A stretch of 63,970 nt of DNA, the filler included. It is 9 parts of 9 records of this genome, joined end to end, with 100 filler letters (N's around TTAATTAATTAA, not from the genome) between each part and the next. Parts side by side here need not be neighbours in the genome. Positions count along the whole stretch, not along the records: positions 32,386 to 38,462 come from SRR31156797_77302; positions 38,563 to 45,140 come from SRR31156797_77390; 7 more parts are not named here. One strand, 5' to 3'. Below are positions 32,386 through 41,749 of the stretch, piece after piece. Made by a program: the position numbers and the translations under genes. The notes below the pieces were generated by a model. It saw only the letters and a list, made by a program, of their open reading frames with translations. It did no database searches and had not been told where the DNA came from. Every line of letters begins with the position of its first letter. Position 1 is the stretch's first letter.

Positions 32386-33108
32386 GGCAGCGATACATTC
32401 ATGGCCGGCGAAATCCGGTCCCTGGTAAAACATCTGGAACAGGTCTTTCACACCGCCTTTTCCATGGACGCCTTCATAAAGAGCGTCCGGCTTTATGGGG
32501 CGATCCGGGAATACGCACGCAGGCTGGACGATTTGACAGCCAAAGGCAAACTCTCCTTTGCCGACTTTTCCTGCCTGGTCCGGGAAAACACCTTCCGGTC
32601 CCCGGAAAAACAGCTGGAAAAGCTCACCCACTGCTGGGAAACCCGCAAGGACGCCCCGGCAACCATTCGGGGAAAAAAGATCATGGTCAGCGGCACCCTG
32701 CCGCCATGGAAAAATGTGACGGGAATGATGGCGGAAGCCGGCCTTACGGTGGTGTGCAACGACATGGCGCTCATGGGAAGATCCTGGGGCCATGGGCCCG
32801 ACGCCCCCGTGTCGCCGGAAGCGTACTATCTGGATTTCTACAAACATCACATGCCCTGCACCACCCTCCTGGGACTGGGGGAGCAACGGGCCGATGGGGT
32901 GCTCAAGACCGCCGCGGACCATGGGGTGCGGGGGGTGATTTTCTACCTGGAAAAATTCTGTGAATATGAATATTTCGAGGTGCCCTGGCTCAGGAAGCAA
33001 CTGGAACTGCAAGGCATGAAAGTGCTTGTCCTGGAGAACACGGCCGTGGGCAACGGCAATGCCGGTCAACTCCGGACGCGCATGGAGACATTCGCGGAAA
33101 TCATCTAA
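32386..33108 (+). CDS. 2-hydroxyacyl-CoA dehydratase family subunit (HgdB/FldC-like), 5' truncated
   Basis: VVCND..GR, PC, GVIF..KFC, GQLRTR.E.F.E terminus. Confidence 0.85.
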   Translation, partial: GSDTFMAGEIRSLVKHLEQVFHTAFSMDAFIKSVRLYGAIREYARRLDDLTAKGKLSFADFSCLVRENTFRSPEKQLEKLTHCWETRKDAPATIRGKKIMVSGTLPPWKNVTGMMAEAGLTVVCNDMALMGRSWGHGPDAPVSPEAYYLDFYKHHMPCTTLLGLGEQRADGVLKTAADHGVRGVIFYLEKFCEYEYFEVPWLRKQLELQGMKVLVLENTAVGNGNAGQLRTRMETFAEII

Positions 33109-33139
33109 CCCTTGCAGCATCTTCTCTTCAGGAGGAAAC

Positions 33140-34390
33140 ATGGAGACACCCGTCAAAAAGGAATCGGGAAAACGGCTGACCCAGATCATGGCGGCCGGAT
33201 ATATGGAGGATCACCAGCGGGCGGCCGAGGGGGCCTTTGTGGTATGGATCGCCATCATGGTGCCGGCGGAGATCCTCCGGGGATTCCCCAACCTGGTATT
33301 TTGCATCCCCGAATCCCATGCGGCCATGACCGCGGCCAAGGGCGCCGGGACAGTCCAGTGCGAAAAGTCGGAAAGCCTGGGCTACTCCATGGACCTTTGC
33401 TCCTATGCCCGGATCGACATGGGCAGCTTTTACGACAAAGGCAAGGACTCCCCCATCGGCGGCCTGCCCACCCCCGGGCTGATCATCTCCAACACCAACA
33501 ACTGTTCCCTGCTCACCAAATGGTTCGACGTGTATGCCCGGGAACTTGCCGTCCCCCACCTGGTCCTGGACGTGCCCTTCTGCTACGGCCCCCAAAGCCA
33601 AACGGCCCGGGACTACATCATGGCCCAGTACGGGGAGATGATTGAAACCATTGAACGCCTGTCCGGCCAGACCTTTTCCATGGACAACACCGCCCGGGCC
33701 CTGGAGTACTCGGGCCAGGCCCTTAGCCACTGGAAAGAATATATCGCCCTGGCCCGCCGGAAACCCTCCCCCGTCACCGCCTTTGATACCTTTGTGAACA
33801 TGGCGCCCTTCCTGACCCTGCGGGGCACCAGGACCCTCCGGGACTACTACGATTTCCTGGTGGGGGAGACACGGGCACTGGCCGACCAAGGAAGCTATCC
33901 CGTGGAGAGTGAAACCTATCGCCTCTTCTGGGACAACATCGCCCCCTGGCACCAGCTGCGGGCCATGTCCGGGCGCCTGAAAACCCTGGACGCCAATATC
34001 GTGGGCGCCACCTACACCTCCTGCATCGGTTCCGTGGAGGGCTCCTTTGCCCATTATCCCTACCACGGCGGCCAACCACTCGCCCACCTGGCCCGGATCC
34101 AGAATTCCACCGTGTGCCCCAGCGGCCTCCGTCTCCGGCTACAAGCCATGAAGGAAGCCATTGACGACCTTTCGGTGGACGGCGTCATCTTTGCCTCCAA
34201 TCGAAGCTGCAAGGTATACTCCATCACCCAGATGGACCAGCTGTCTCTCATCACCCGGCAGACAGGCACCCCGTCCGTCATGGTGGACGTGGACCACGCC
34301 GATGTCCGCCACTACAACGAGGAAGCGACCTTCACCCGCATCGAAGCCCTGCTGGAGCAGATCGACACCCGCCGGGGCCGCACACCATAA
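33140..34390 (+). CDS. 2-hydroxyacyl-CoA dehydratase family subunit (HgdA/FldB-like)
   Basis: PESHAA, GYSMDLCSYAR, NNC...KWF, DGVIF.SNRSCK, TRIEALLE. RBS AGGAGG. Confidence 0.88.
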   Translation: METPVKKESGKRLTQIMAAGYMEDHQRAAEGAFVVWIAIMVPAEILRGFPNLVFCIPESHAAMTAAKGAGTVQCEKSESLGYSMDLCSYARIDMGSFYDKGKDSPIGGLPTPGLIISNTNNCSLLTKWFDVYARELAVPHLVLDVPFCYGPQSQTARDYIMAQYGEMIETIERLSGQTFSMDNTARALEYSGQALSHWKEYIALARRKPSPVTAFDTFVNMAPFLTLRGTRTLRDYYDFLVGETRALADQGSYPVESETYRLFWDNIAPWHQLRAMSGRLKTLDANIVGATYTSCIGSVEGSFAHYPYHGGQPLAHLARIQNSTVCPSGLRLRLQAMKEAIDDLSVDGVIFASNRSCKVYSITQMDQLSLITRQTGTPSVMVDVDHADVRHYNEEATFTRIEALLEQIDTRRGRTP

Positions 34391-34413
34391 CCCTTTTGCA
34401 AGGAGGAGACCCC

Positions 34414-35694
34414 ATGTTTTATGAAGGATTGCTCACGGACGAAGAAAAAACGGTTCAGAAAGAAGCAAAACGATTTGCCAGGGAAGAGGTCTCGCCGGAT
34501 TTCATCCGGGCCCTGGACAGGGACGAAATCACCTATCCCCGGCGCTATGTGGAAAAGCTGGCCGAGCACCACCTCCTGGGGCTAAGGTTCGATCCCCGAT
34601 GGGGGGGACGGGGACTGTCCTGGACCGCCGAGGTGGTGGCCGAAGAGGAGATCGGGGTGCTGGGCTCCACCCTGGGCTGCGCCTATGTGATGCCCTCCAT
34701 CGTCGGCGAAGCCCTCAGCGTATTCGGCACGGAGGCGCAAAAGGAGAAATTCCTGGAGCCCATGCTCATGGGCCGGCTGATCGCGGCGGAAGCCCTCACC
34801 GAGCCCCGGGGCGGGTCCGACTTTTTCGGGGCCACCACAACGGCCGAGGACAAGGGGGAGTACTTTCTGCTCAACGGCCAGAAGCGGTTCGTGGTGGGAG
34901 CCACGGAAGCGGACTTCTTCCTGGTGTACTGCCGGACCAATTTTGACGAGGATGCCCATAAGTACGGCAGGATCAGCGCCTTTATCGTGGAGCGGAGCCC
35001 GGGGATCGAAACCGAATACCAGTACGGTCTCATGGGCACCCGGGGGGGCGGCACGGGCCGCCTGGTGTTCCGGAACGTGGAGGTGCCAAAGGAGAACCTC
35101 ATCGGGGAACGCCACGGCGGGGCCCTGGTCTTTCACCAGATGATGATCCCCGAGCGGCTCACCTCGGCCGCGGCCAGCCTCGGGGTGCGGGCGGGCCTGG
35201 AGGTGGCGGCCCGGTACAGCGACAAGCGCATGGCCTTTGGCAAGCCCATCCGGAAATACCAGGGGGTCAACTTCATGGTGGCGGATGCCATCACCCGGCT
35301 GGACGCGGCCCGGGGCCTGGTCTACATGGCGGCAAAAGCAGTGGATCAAAACACGCCCAATTGCCGGCGGCTGGTGTCCGAGGCCAAAAAGTTCGCCACG
35401 GACACGGCCTGGGAGGTTGCCAACAAAGCCATGCAGATCATGGGCGGCATCGGCTACACCGACGTCTACCCCATAGAGAAAATGATCCGGGATACCCGGC
35501 TCTCCCAGATCTGGACCGGCACCAACGAGATCATGAACCTCATGATCCAGCATGAGTATTTCAACGAGGTGCTGACAGGGAAGAGGGAAACCCGGGATAT
35601 GGAACTGGATGCCGCCCGGATCGACGGTCAAGATGAAAAATGCTTCACCGACGGGGACATGTGGCAGGTCCACCACAAGGGAGCGAAAAGATAA
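34414..35694 (+). CDS. Acyl-CoA dehydrogenase
   Basis: LTEPRGGSD, LNGQKRFV, R.AFGKPI..YQGV, QIMGGIGY, IWTGTNEI. Confidence 0.95.
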   Translation: MFYEGLLTDEEKTVQKEAKRFAREEVSPDFIRALDRDEITYPRRYVEKLAEHHLLGLRFDPRWGGRGLSWTAEVVAEEEIGVLGSTLGCAYVMPSIVGEALSVFGTEAQKEKFLEPMLMGRLIAAEALTEPRGGSDFFGATTTAEDKGEYFLLNGQKRFVVGATEADFFLVYCRTNFDEDAHKYGRISAFIVERSPGIETEYQYGLMGTRGGGTGRLVFRNVEVPKENLIGERHGGALVFHQMMIPERLTSAAASLGVRAGLEVAARYSDKRMAFGKPIRKYQGVNFMVADAITRLDAARGLVYMAAKAVDQNTPNCRRLVSEAKKFATDTAWEVANKAMQIMGGIGYTDVYPIEKMIRDTRLSQIWTGTNEIMNLMIQHEYFNEVLTGKRETRDMELDAARIDGQDEKCFTDGDMWQVHHKGAKR

Positions 35695-35745
35695 GCGCCA
35701 TGCCCCATGATATCGACACCGGCGCCTGCACCGCCAAGCATCTTT

Positions 35746-36174
35746 CTATTGCTCCTGCACGCAAGGCGCCGGAATCATCAGATCATAAATCCAGTTGAAA
35801 CCAAGGGCATAGATGGGAACAAGCACGGCAAAGGAGATATCCAGGGTCAGGGCATGAATAAAAGAGACGTCCATCCACAACATGATCATGGGCAGGGTGA
35901 ACACCATCAGCAAAATCTCGAACAATACCGAGTGCAAACACCTCAACCGGAAGGATCGCGGATAAAGGGGGCGCTTCAAGTAAATAAGCGCCCTGTCAAA
36001 CCCATAGTTATAAAGGCCGTTGCAGACCATGGCCGTGGCGCTCATCCCGATGCTCAGCAGACCGGTATGACTGAAACTTTTGTTAAAAATCACAGCAATG
36101 ACAGGGGTGCAGATCCCCAGAAGAACAAGCTCAAACAGGAGCGTGTGCATCACCCTTCCCCGAAAACTTCTCAT
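35746..36174 (-). CDS. PACE-family efflux transporter (AceI-like)
   Basis: Two BTP repeats (R..HTLLFE...YNYGFD / R..HSVLFE...FNWIYD); Glu at position 15. Confidence 0.88.
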   Translation of the reverse strand: MRSFRGRVMHTLLFELVLLGICTPVIAVIFNKSFSHTGLLSIGMSATAMVCNGLYNYGFDRALIYLKRPLYPRSFRLRCLHSVLFEILLMVFTLPMIMLWMDVSFIHALTLDISFAVLVPIYALGFNWIYDLMIPAPCVQEQ

Positions 36175-36293
36175 GTTGGTTCCTTTACGATCATGTGTTC
36201 ATCCAATTCCCAGGTTGCCGGTCCCCATAGACCAAGCTCCATTTAAAGCTTTCCTTGTACCCCCATTAAAGGTTATAAAACAAGTTAGATTCC

Positions 36294-36308
36294 ATCTTAA
36301 TTATTGAT
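36294..36308. promoter_or_regulatory. Putative LysR recognition box ATC-N9-GAT (T-N11-A)
   Basis: ATCTTAATTATTGAT between the divergent PACE and LysR genes. Confidence 0.5.
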
Positions 36309-36318
36309 AGGTGCATCC

Positions 36319-37206
36319 ATGGAGTTATCGTTGAACAATCTTAAGACCTTTATCAAAATTGCCGACAAAGGGTCTTTTTCCGCCGCGGCCAGGGAGATGG
36401 GCAAGGCCCAGTCCGCTGTCAGCACCGCCATTGCCAATCTGGAGATCGATCTGGGGGTTAACCTTTTCAACCGCCGGGGCAAACTGCCGGTGCTGACCGA
36501 AGAAGGCCGGGTACTCCTGCGGGAAGCCCGGCAGATCGCCAACAGCTGCCATATTTTTCTGGAACGGGCCCGGGCGTTCCAAGGGGGGATCGATGCCTGC
36601 CTGCGCATCGCCGTGGATGAGATCATTTCCCAAAAAATATTAATGGATTTGCTGGAAAAATTTGGCGAGACCTTTCCCGGCACGGAACTTGAGGTCCTGT
36701 ACGGAGTGCTGGGCGATATCCAGACCATGGTTGAACAGGGCCGGGCGGATATCGGTATTCTGGTGCCCAGCGATACGCCGAGCCTGTCCATGCCAAACAA
36801 GCTGGTATCCCATATTGCCTTTATTCCGGTGGTGTCTGCGGACCATCCCCTGGCCAAGATTGAGCCCCTCACCCTCCATGACCTTGAATCCTTCCGCCAG
36901 ATTGTGATCACCAGCCGGGGGGGCGAACGGGAGCATGAATCCATCATTCTGGGAAAACAGGTCTGGATGATTGAAAGCACCGGTGCCATCATGGACCTGG
37001 TTCTCCGGGGGGCGGGATGGTCGTTCCTGCCCGCCCAGGATGTGGCACGGGAGATCGAGGCGGGCACCCTTGTGAAGCTGTCCTTATTTTTGGACACGGT
37101 CGACCCCCTGGCGCCGGTATACCTGCTCTGGAGCCAGCAACGTCAACTTGGCCTGGCCGGGCAGTGGATGCTTGAAGAATTATCCAAAATAAAAAACCAT
37201 CATTAG
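36319..37206 (+). CDS. LysR-type transcriptional regulator (AceR-like position)
   Basis: GSFSAAAREMGKAQSAVSTAIANLEIDLG.LF.R; divergent from the PACE gene. Confidence 0.95.
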   Translation: MELSLNNLKTFIKIADKGSFSAAAREMGKAQSAVSTAIANLEIDLGVNLFNRRGKLPVLTEEGRVLLREARQIANSCHIFLERARAFQGGIDACLRIAVDEIISQKILMDLLEKFGETFPGTELEVLYGVLGDIQTMVEQGRADIGILVPSDTPSLSMPNKLVSHIAFIPVVSADHPLAKIEPLTLHDLESFRQIVITSRGGEREHESIILGKQVWMIESTGAIMDLVLRGAGWSFLPAQDVAREIEAGTLVKLSLFLDTVDPLAPVYLLWSQQRQLGLAGQWMLEELSKIKNHH

Positions 37207-37273
37207 CGCTCTCTTTTTCCCGGCCGTTTTAAACGTATACACCCAATTTTCTTTTCCACGAAAGGAGGTTGCA

Positions 37274-37585
37274 ATGATTGAACTTTCAGGTGCCGAGATC
37301 CTTTGCGCCGTAATCTTCATTATAGTGATATTCCTTCGGCTTTCCGACCTGGAGAAGCGTGTGGCAACCTTCTCACGCCTCGACAGCAAGTTAGATGCAC
37401 TGCTGAAGCATGCGGGGGTCGAGTTCGACCCCTATGACAACCTGCCTGACGAAGTCATTCAGGCATTACAGCGTGGCGAAACAATTATAGCGATCAAGCG
37501 TTACCGGGAGGCAACCGGAGCCGGATTAAAAGAAGCCAAAGCGTTCATTGAAGAAGCCGCAAAACGGGGCACACCCGCCCCATGA
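37274..37585 (+). CDS. Membrane-anchored protein with ribosomal L7/L12 C-terminal-like domain
   Basis: N-terminal TM; G..I.AIKRYREATGAGLKEAK..IE. RBS AAGGAGG. Confidence 0.75.
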   Translation: MIELSGAEILCAVIFIIVIFLRLSDLEKRVATFSRLDSKLDALLKHAGVEFDPYDNLPDEVIQALQRGETIIAIKRYREATGAGLKEAKAFIEEAAKRGTPAP

Positions 37586-37639
37586 ATAGGTAGCAAATCG
37601 CCCCCGGTAAATTCGTGTTTTGCATGGCGTACCAGCCGG

Positions 37640-38350
37640 TTATTTTGACGGACCAAGAACTTTACTTACAAACAGATCCCTTTCTTTCTGAAGAATGCCT
37701 TCCTGCTGCATTTTGTGGAGAATTTTACTTATTTGGGGGATCAGAACCTTATGTTTTCTATGTAGATAGTGATACAGATTTATCCGTTCCAGGGGGGGCT
37801 CCAACGCTTTGATCCCTAGCAGATTATGTTTCTTTATCTGCTCGAGGCCGTCCATACGGGCAGCCACACAGAGATTGTACCGGTCATTGTCCAGGAGCAG
37901 AAAGGCTTTCTCATAGGTCGGGAATTTGGCGACGTTCATGCCTGAGGTTCTGATTTCGCTGACTTTGGTTCCGATACGTATGGCAATGGAGAAAGGCTTC
38001 AGGCTGCTCCATCCGTTCACCTTGAAGTCATACCTTTTGGTGAAAACGACAAGTTCGATAACATTGACCGGCACCGGAATCATCATCAAATTTGGATATT
38101 TTTTGCCTATTTCCTCTATTCTATTTACTTCCCCGTCCAATATCCCCTTGTTCGATTCCATGAGCGATCTTTCAGCCGGCAGATCGGCAAACGTGAGTTC
38201 ATAGCCAATTTGCCTGTATGCTTTTATAAGAATCCGTGACGATAATTCCGGTACGAGCCCCAGGGGTCTGCCAAAGGTCAAGACGGGTTCCGCAAAAGAA
38301 GAGGGTTGGGCTATCAGAACAATCATCATGGTGGCTATTATGACTTTCAT
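37640..38350 (-). CDS. Periplasmic substrate-binding protein (family 3-like)
   Basis: Signal peptide, LPAERSL..SN.G.LDGE..RI, LYHYLHRKH. Confidence 0.8.
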   Translation of the reverse strand: MKVIIATMMIVLIAQPSSFAEPVLTFGRPLGLVPELSSRILIKAYRQIGYELTFADLPAERSLMESNKGILDGEVNRIEEIGKKYPNLMMIPVPVNVIELVVFTKRYDFKVNGWSSLKPFSIAIRIGTKVSEIRTSGMNVAKFPTYEKAFLLLDNDRYNLCVAARMDGLEQIKKHNLLGIKALEPPLERINLYHYLHRKHKVLIPQISKILHKMQQEGILQKERDLFVSKVLGPSK

Positions 38351-38562
38351 TACTTTGCTCCAATCATATCTGAAAACCGTAACTCCGTGCATTTTACCGT
38401 GACAGCCACTAAAAAGCAACCACTCGCGCCACCAGGGGTAGGGTAAACGCATGTAAATCTGGNNNNNNNNNNNNNNNNNNNNNNNNNNNNNNNNNNNNNN
38501 NNNNNNTTAATTAATTAANNNNNNNNNNNNNNNNNNNNNNNNNNNNNNNNNNNNNNNNNNNN

Positions 38563-38585
38563 TAGCGACAATTGTCGCTATTTTT
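38563..38585. terminator. Hairpin downstream of yidC
   Basis: TAGCGAC-AATT-GTCGCTA followed by a T run; at the contig edge. Confidence 0.5.
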
Positions 38586-38604
38586 ACTTTATCTGATATA
38601 TATG

Positions 38605-40368
38605 TTATTTTTTCTTCTTCGCTTTCACGGCAACCGGTTTTTTGGGGTGCGTTTCAACGAATTGTTTTTCAACCTGTTTGTTAATGATGAATTTCTGCTG
38701 TACTATCGTCAGAGCATTGAAGATCAGGTAATACCATACCAATCCTGAGGGGAAGCGATAGAAAAGGAAGAACATCATGGCGGGCATGAGCCATTGCATC
38801 ATTTTCTGCTGTTGGGCTTGCTGGCCTGTTGCCGCACCACCTGCTCCGGAAAGCCTTTGTTGTACAACCATCAATGCGGTCATCAGGATAGGCAAAACAG
38901 AGAAATTCTGTCCAAGCAACGGTACGTTAAAACCGAAACTAAAGAGCACATCGGGAGCCGAAAGGTCATTCATCCATAAGACAAAAGGTGCACCGCGGAA
39001 TTCAATGGCCGTACGGAACACAATAAAAAGTCCGTACAGAAGCGGTAGCTGTAACAACATCGGTAGACATCCACCCATGGGGTTGACTTTTTCTTCCTTA
39101 TATAGTGCCATCGTTTTTTCCTGAAGCACCTGCTTGTTGTTCTTATATTTTTCCTGTAATTCCTGGATCTTTGGTTGAACCAATTGCATCTTTTTCATCG
39201 AAGAATAAGATTTATGTGTCAAAGGATAAGTAATGATCTTGATAATAAGTGCCATAATGAAGATCACAACACCGTAGTTCGGAATAAGGCCGTATAGGAA
39301 TTTCATCAGCCAATGCAAAGCAACGGCAAATGGGCGAATGACAGCACCACCGCGATTCAGTGTTTTATCAAGACCGATCCCGTAAGAATCCAGTAATTTT
39401 TTTTCTGCCGGAACAAGACCGATCACATATGAATCTTGCTGATAATTGGATTTTGACAAACCCATATCCATGGAAACATGAAAATCACGTGTTTTTTTAT
39501 CTTTCATTAGTGTTAGCTCAGAGCGAACACCCTTGTTCTCAACCGGAGCTATAAAGCCGGTGAAATATTTTGATTTGAATGCTAGCCAGTCGGTGCGGCC
39601 GTCGGTATTCAGGCTTGTACCTTCGCCGGCTTTGGCTCGGCGGCCCTCAACCTTGACAAGCTCATCACCCATTAAAGCGTAAACACCGCTGTACATAATA
39701 TCATCTGCGGGGTCTTTTTCTGTAACATCAAATCCATTGACCCAATTGATCGAGTAACGAAGACCGGCCATTTTCTGCAGATAATCCGCAAAAGCGATAT
39801 CCAGGCCAAAATCATAGCGCTCAGGATGGAAAGTGAATGTCTTTTCGATCTTAATGCCATCTTGAGTAAGGGCGCTGTAGGTCAATGAAGTTTCACCTTC
39901 AACCCATAGGGTATCACCATCTTGGTAATTATCAAGACGAGCGCAATCAAAAGCAATGTATTCAAGATTAGAGGGGTCCTGATAGAGATTTGTATATTCA
40001 ATATTCAAGTTTGCGCCTGATTCTAAAGGAAGCAAATGTAAATTTCCACCTTCTTGATCTTTAAAATCAAAGAATACATAATCGCGTACGGTTCCGCCGC
40101 CAAGATTCGACAAGCGTATAGCATATTTATCATTGGCCACTACGATCTCTTTGGCATTTACCTCAAGTTCTCGCGTTTCAATAGAAGCTTGTGGGCGCAC
40201 ATAGTCGGGTGGTGGTGTTTGTACAGGTGCAGTTTCTTGAACAGTCGCGGTCGTTTCCTGTTGGACGATCTCTGTTTCGTCTTGTGGGTTCATCCATTGC
40301 TGATAATATGGCATCAGGATAATGATGATGCCGATCACAACAAAGGCCATAATAGTTCTTTTATCCAA
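38605..40368 (-). CDS. yidC: Membrane protein insertase YidC
   Basis: NYGVVI, SMKKMQLVQPKI, NPMGGCLPMLLQLP, WMNDLSAPD, PSGLVWY. Confidence 0.96.
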   Translation of the reverse strand: MDKRTIMAFVVIGIIIILMPYYQQWMNPQDETEIVQQETTATVQETAPVQTPPPDYVRPQASIETRELEVNAKEIVVANDKYAIRLSNLGGGTVRDYVFFDFKDQEGGNLHLLPLESGANLNIEYTNLYQDPSNLEYIAFDCARLDNYQDGDTLWVEGETSLTYSALTQDGIKIEKTFTFHPERYDFGLDIAFADYLQKMAGLRYSINWVNGFDVTEKDPADDIMYSGVYALMGDELVKVEGRRAKAGEGTSLNTDGRTDWLAFKSKYFTGFIAPVENKGVRSELTLMKDKKTRDFHVSMDMGLSKSNYQQDSYVIGLVPAEKKLLDSYGIGLDKTLNRGGAVIRPFAVALHWLMKFLYGLIPNYGVVIFIMALIIKIITYPLTHKSYSSMKKMQLVQPKIQELQEKYKNNKQVLQEKTMALYKEEKVNPMGGCLPMLLQLPLLYGLFIVFRTAIEFRGAPFVLWMNDLSAPDVLFSFGFNVPLLGQNFSVLPILMTALMVVQQRLSGAGGAATGQQAQQQKMMQWLMPAMMFFLFYRFPSGLVWYYLIFNALTIVQQKFIINKQVEKQFVETHPKKPVAVKAKKKK

Positions 40369-40379
40369 AATGATCTCCT

Positions 40380-40604
40380 TTAGTGGTGGTCATGTTTATG
40401 AACCGGGTCATAGCCGCCCGGATGGAAGGGGTGGCATTTAGATATTCTTTTTAAACCGAGCCAGCTTCCCTTCAGGGCGCCGTACTCCTTGATGGCTTCA
40501 TAGGTATACTGTGAACAAGTGGGGTAAAAGCGACAGCTTCGGCCCATATACGGTGATATGGCCTTTTGATAAAAGCGAATGAGTGCTAAAAATACTTTTT
40601 TCAT
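40380..40604 (-). CDS. yidD: Membrane protein insertion efficiency factor YidD
   Basis: [20 protein letters not shown]...[12 protein letters not shown]. Confidence 0.96.
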   Translation of the reverse strand: MKKVFLALIRFYQKAISPYMGRSCRFYPTCSQYTYEAIKEYGALKGSWLGLKRISKCHPFHPGGYDPVHKHDHH

Positions 40605-40933
40605 GATGCTTGAAGCAGTGCTTCTATATCTGCCCTGATCGTATTCAGCGGATCGTATTTGGGCATCTTCTTTAAAATTAATCCATATATACGCAAAGAG
40701 GAAAAGCTTTCCTTGTTTGTGCGATAGCATTCTCTCAGGTAGCGTTTCCCTCTGTTTCGTAAAACAGCGCCTTTAAAATGGCGCCCAATGGCGAACAGAA
40801 CGCGTCGGCTTTCAGCCGGCATGGACACAATATTCACAAACCGTCCCCTGTTCCATTCCCCGTTGTCAAATAAGCGCGAGATCTCTTTTCTCTCTCTCAA
40901 GATCTCAATTTTTTTCAGTGATGATTTATTCAT
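40601..40933 (-). CDS. rnpA: Ribonuclease P protein component
   Basis: [15 protein letters not shown] (RNR motif); lies between rpmH and yidD. Confidence 0.9.
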   Translation of the reverse strand: MNKSSLKKIEILRERKEISRLFDNGEWNRGRFVNIVSMPAESRRVLFAIGRHFKGAVLRNRGKRYLRECYRTNKESFSSLRIYGLILKKMPKYDPLNTIRADIEALLQAS

Positions 40934-41069
40934 CAGAAACAGTTAAACGTTTCCGTCCTTTTTTTCTTCTGCGTGCAAGTACCGCGCGCCCAGCTGCGGA
41001 CTCCATGCGTTTACGGAAACCGTGTTTGTTCTTCCGTTTTCTGTTACTGGGATTATATGTTTCTTTCAC
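40926..41069 (-). CDS. rpmH: 50S ribosomal protein L34
   Basis: Not in ORF track. GTG start, [55 protein letters not shown]. Confidence 0.97.
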   Translation of the reverse strand: MKETYNPSNRKRKNKHGFRKRMESAAGRAVLARRRKKGRKRLTVSDE

Positions 41070-41242
41070 CTTGTTCTCCTTTACACATATATATCAGACA
41101 AAGCCCTGTAATATGTGGTATAAATTGCTGAAAGGCAACCATTTTTTAAGCTTTGCCTCCTATTAATTGCATGAAAATCTTTGGCTTAGGGTTGATTGTG
41201 TAAATTTGCAGTAATTACCACTATATCTTGTGCAAAGCTTAA

Positions 41243-41449
41243 AAGAATTATGAATTAGCTGACAACGATGTTGAATTATCTATTTATAATATTTACGGCA
41301 AAAAAGCTATAACCCTAATGAATGAATATTTAAATGCCGGTGAATATGAGACTATCTGGAATGCTTCTGGGTATAGTTCTGGAATTTATTTTGCCAGGTT
41401 GAGGCGTGGGAATATGAGTATGTCGAAAAAAATGGTATTGATGAAATAA
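41243..41449 (+). pseudogene. Orphan T9SS type-A C-terminal sorting domain fragment
   Basis: YELADNDVELSIYNIYGKKAITLMNEYLNAGEYETIWNASGYSSGIYFARLRRGNMSMSKKMVLMK*; in-frame TAA at 41240 and no cargo domain. Confidence 0.75.
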
Positions 41450-41463
41450 TTAAGGTATTGTAC

Positions 41464-41491
41464 GGGAGGCACGAGAGCCTCCTATTTCTTT
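41464..41491 (+). terminator. Rho-independent terminator
   Basis: GGGAGGC-ACGAGA-GCCTCCT followed by ATTTCTTTT. Confidence 0.6.
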
Positions 41492-41671
41492 TAGGGTGGG
41501 TCCCGACCCGCCCCTACTCGCTCAAGAAATGAAGACATGTAACACACATATAACACCTAAAATACCCCATTTCCCCATAAACATCAATAAATTATTCATC
41601 CCCAATACCCGCATAAATAAAGGCTTATAAGCCTTTTTATGAAAATAATTGGATTTTTTTACACTTTTTTC

Positions 41672-41720
41672 TTGCGAATGTCGTGTATTGGTGTTATACT
41701 TATGTAGAACACTGGAATAC
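41672..41720 (+). promoter_or_regulatory. Sigma70 promoter overlapped by a palindromic GntR/YtrA operator
   Basis: -35 TTGCGA (41672), 17-bp spacer, extended -10 TGnTATACT (41692-41700); palindrome GTGTTATAC-TTAT-GTAGAACAC (41691-41712) with outer GTATT/AATAC arms. Confidence 0.75.
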
Positions 41721-41749
41721 TGGTGTGAACGAAACGAAAGAGAAAGACA

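Noticed and set aside
31017-35676. Long antisense ORFs (422, 319 and 364 aa)
   Set aside because: Shadows of GC-rich Hsp70, dehydratase and ACAD genes; no recognisable motifs.
41100-41680. oriC in the AT-rich region upstream of rpmH
   Set aside because: No clustered DnaA boxes and no dnaA; part of the region is a T9SS CTD remnant.
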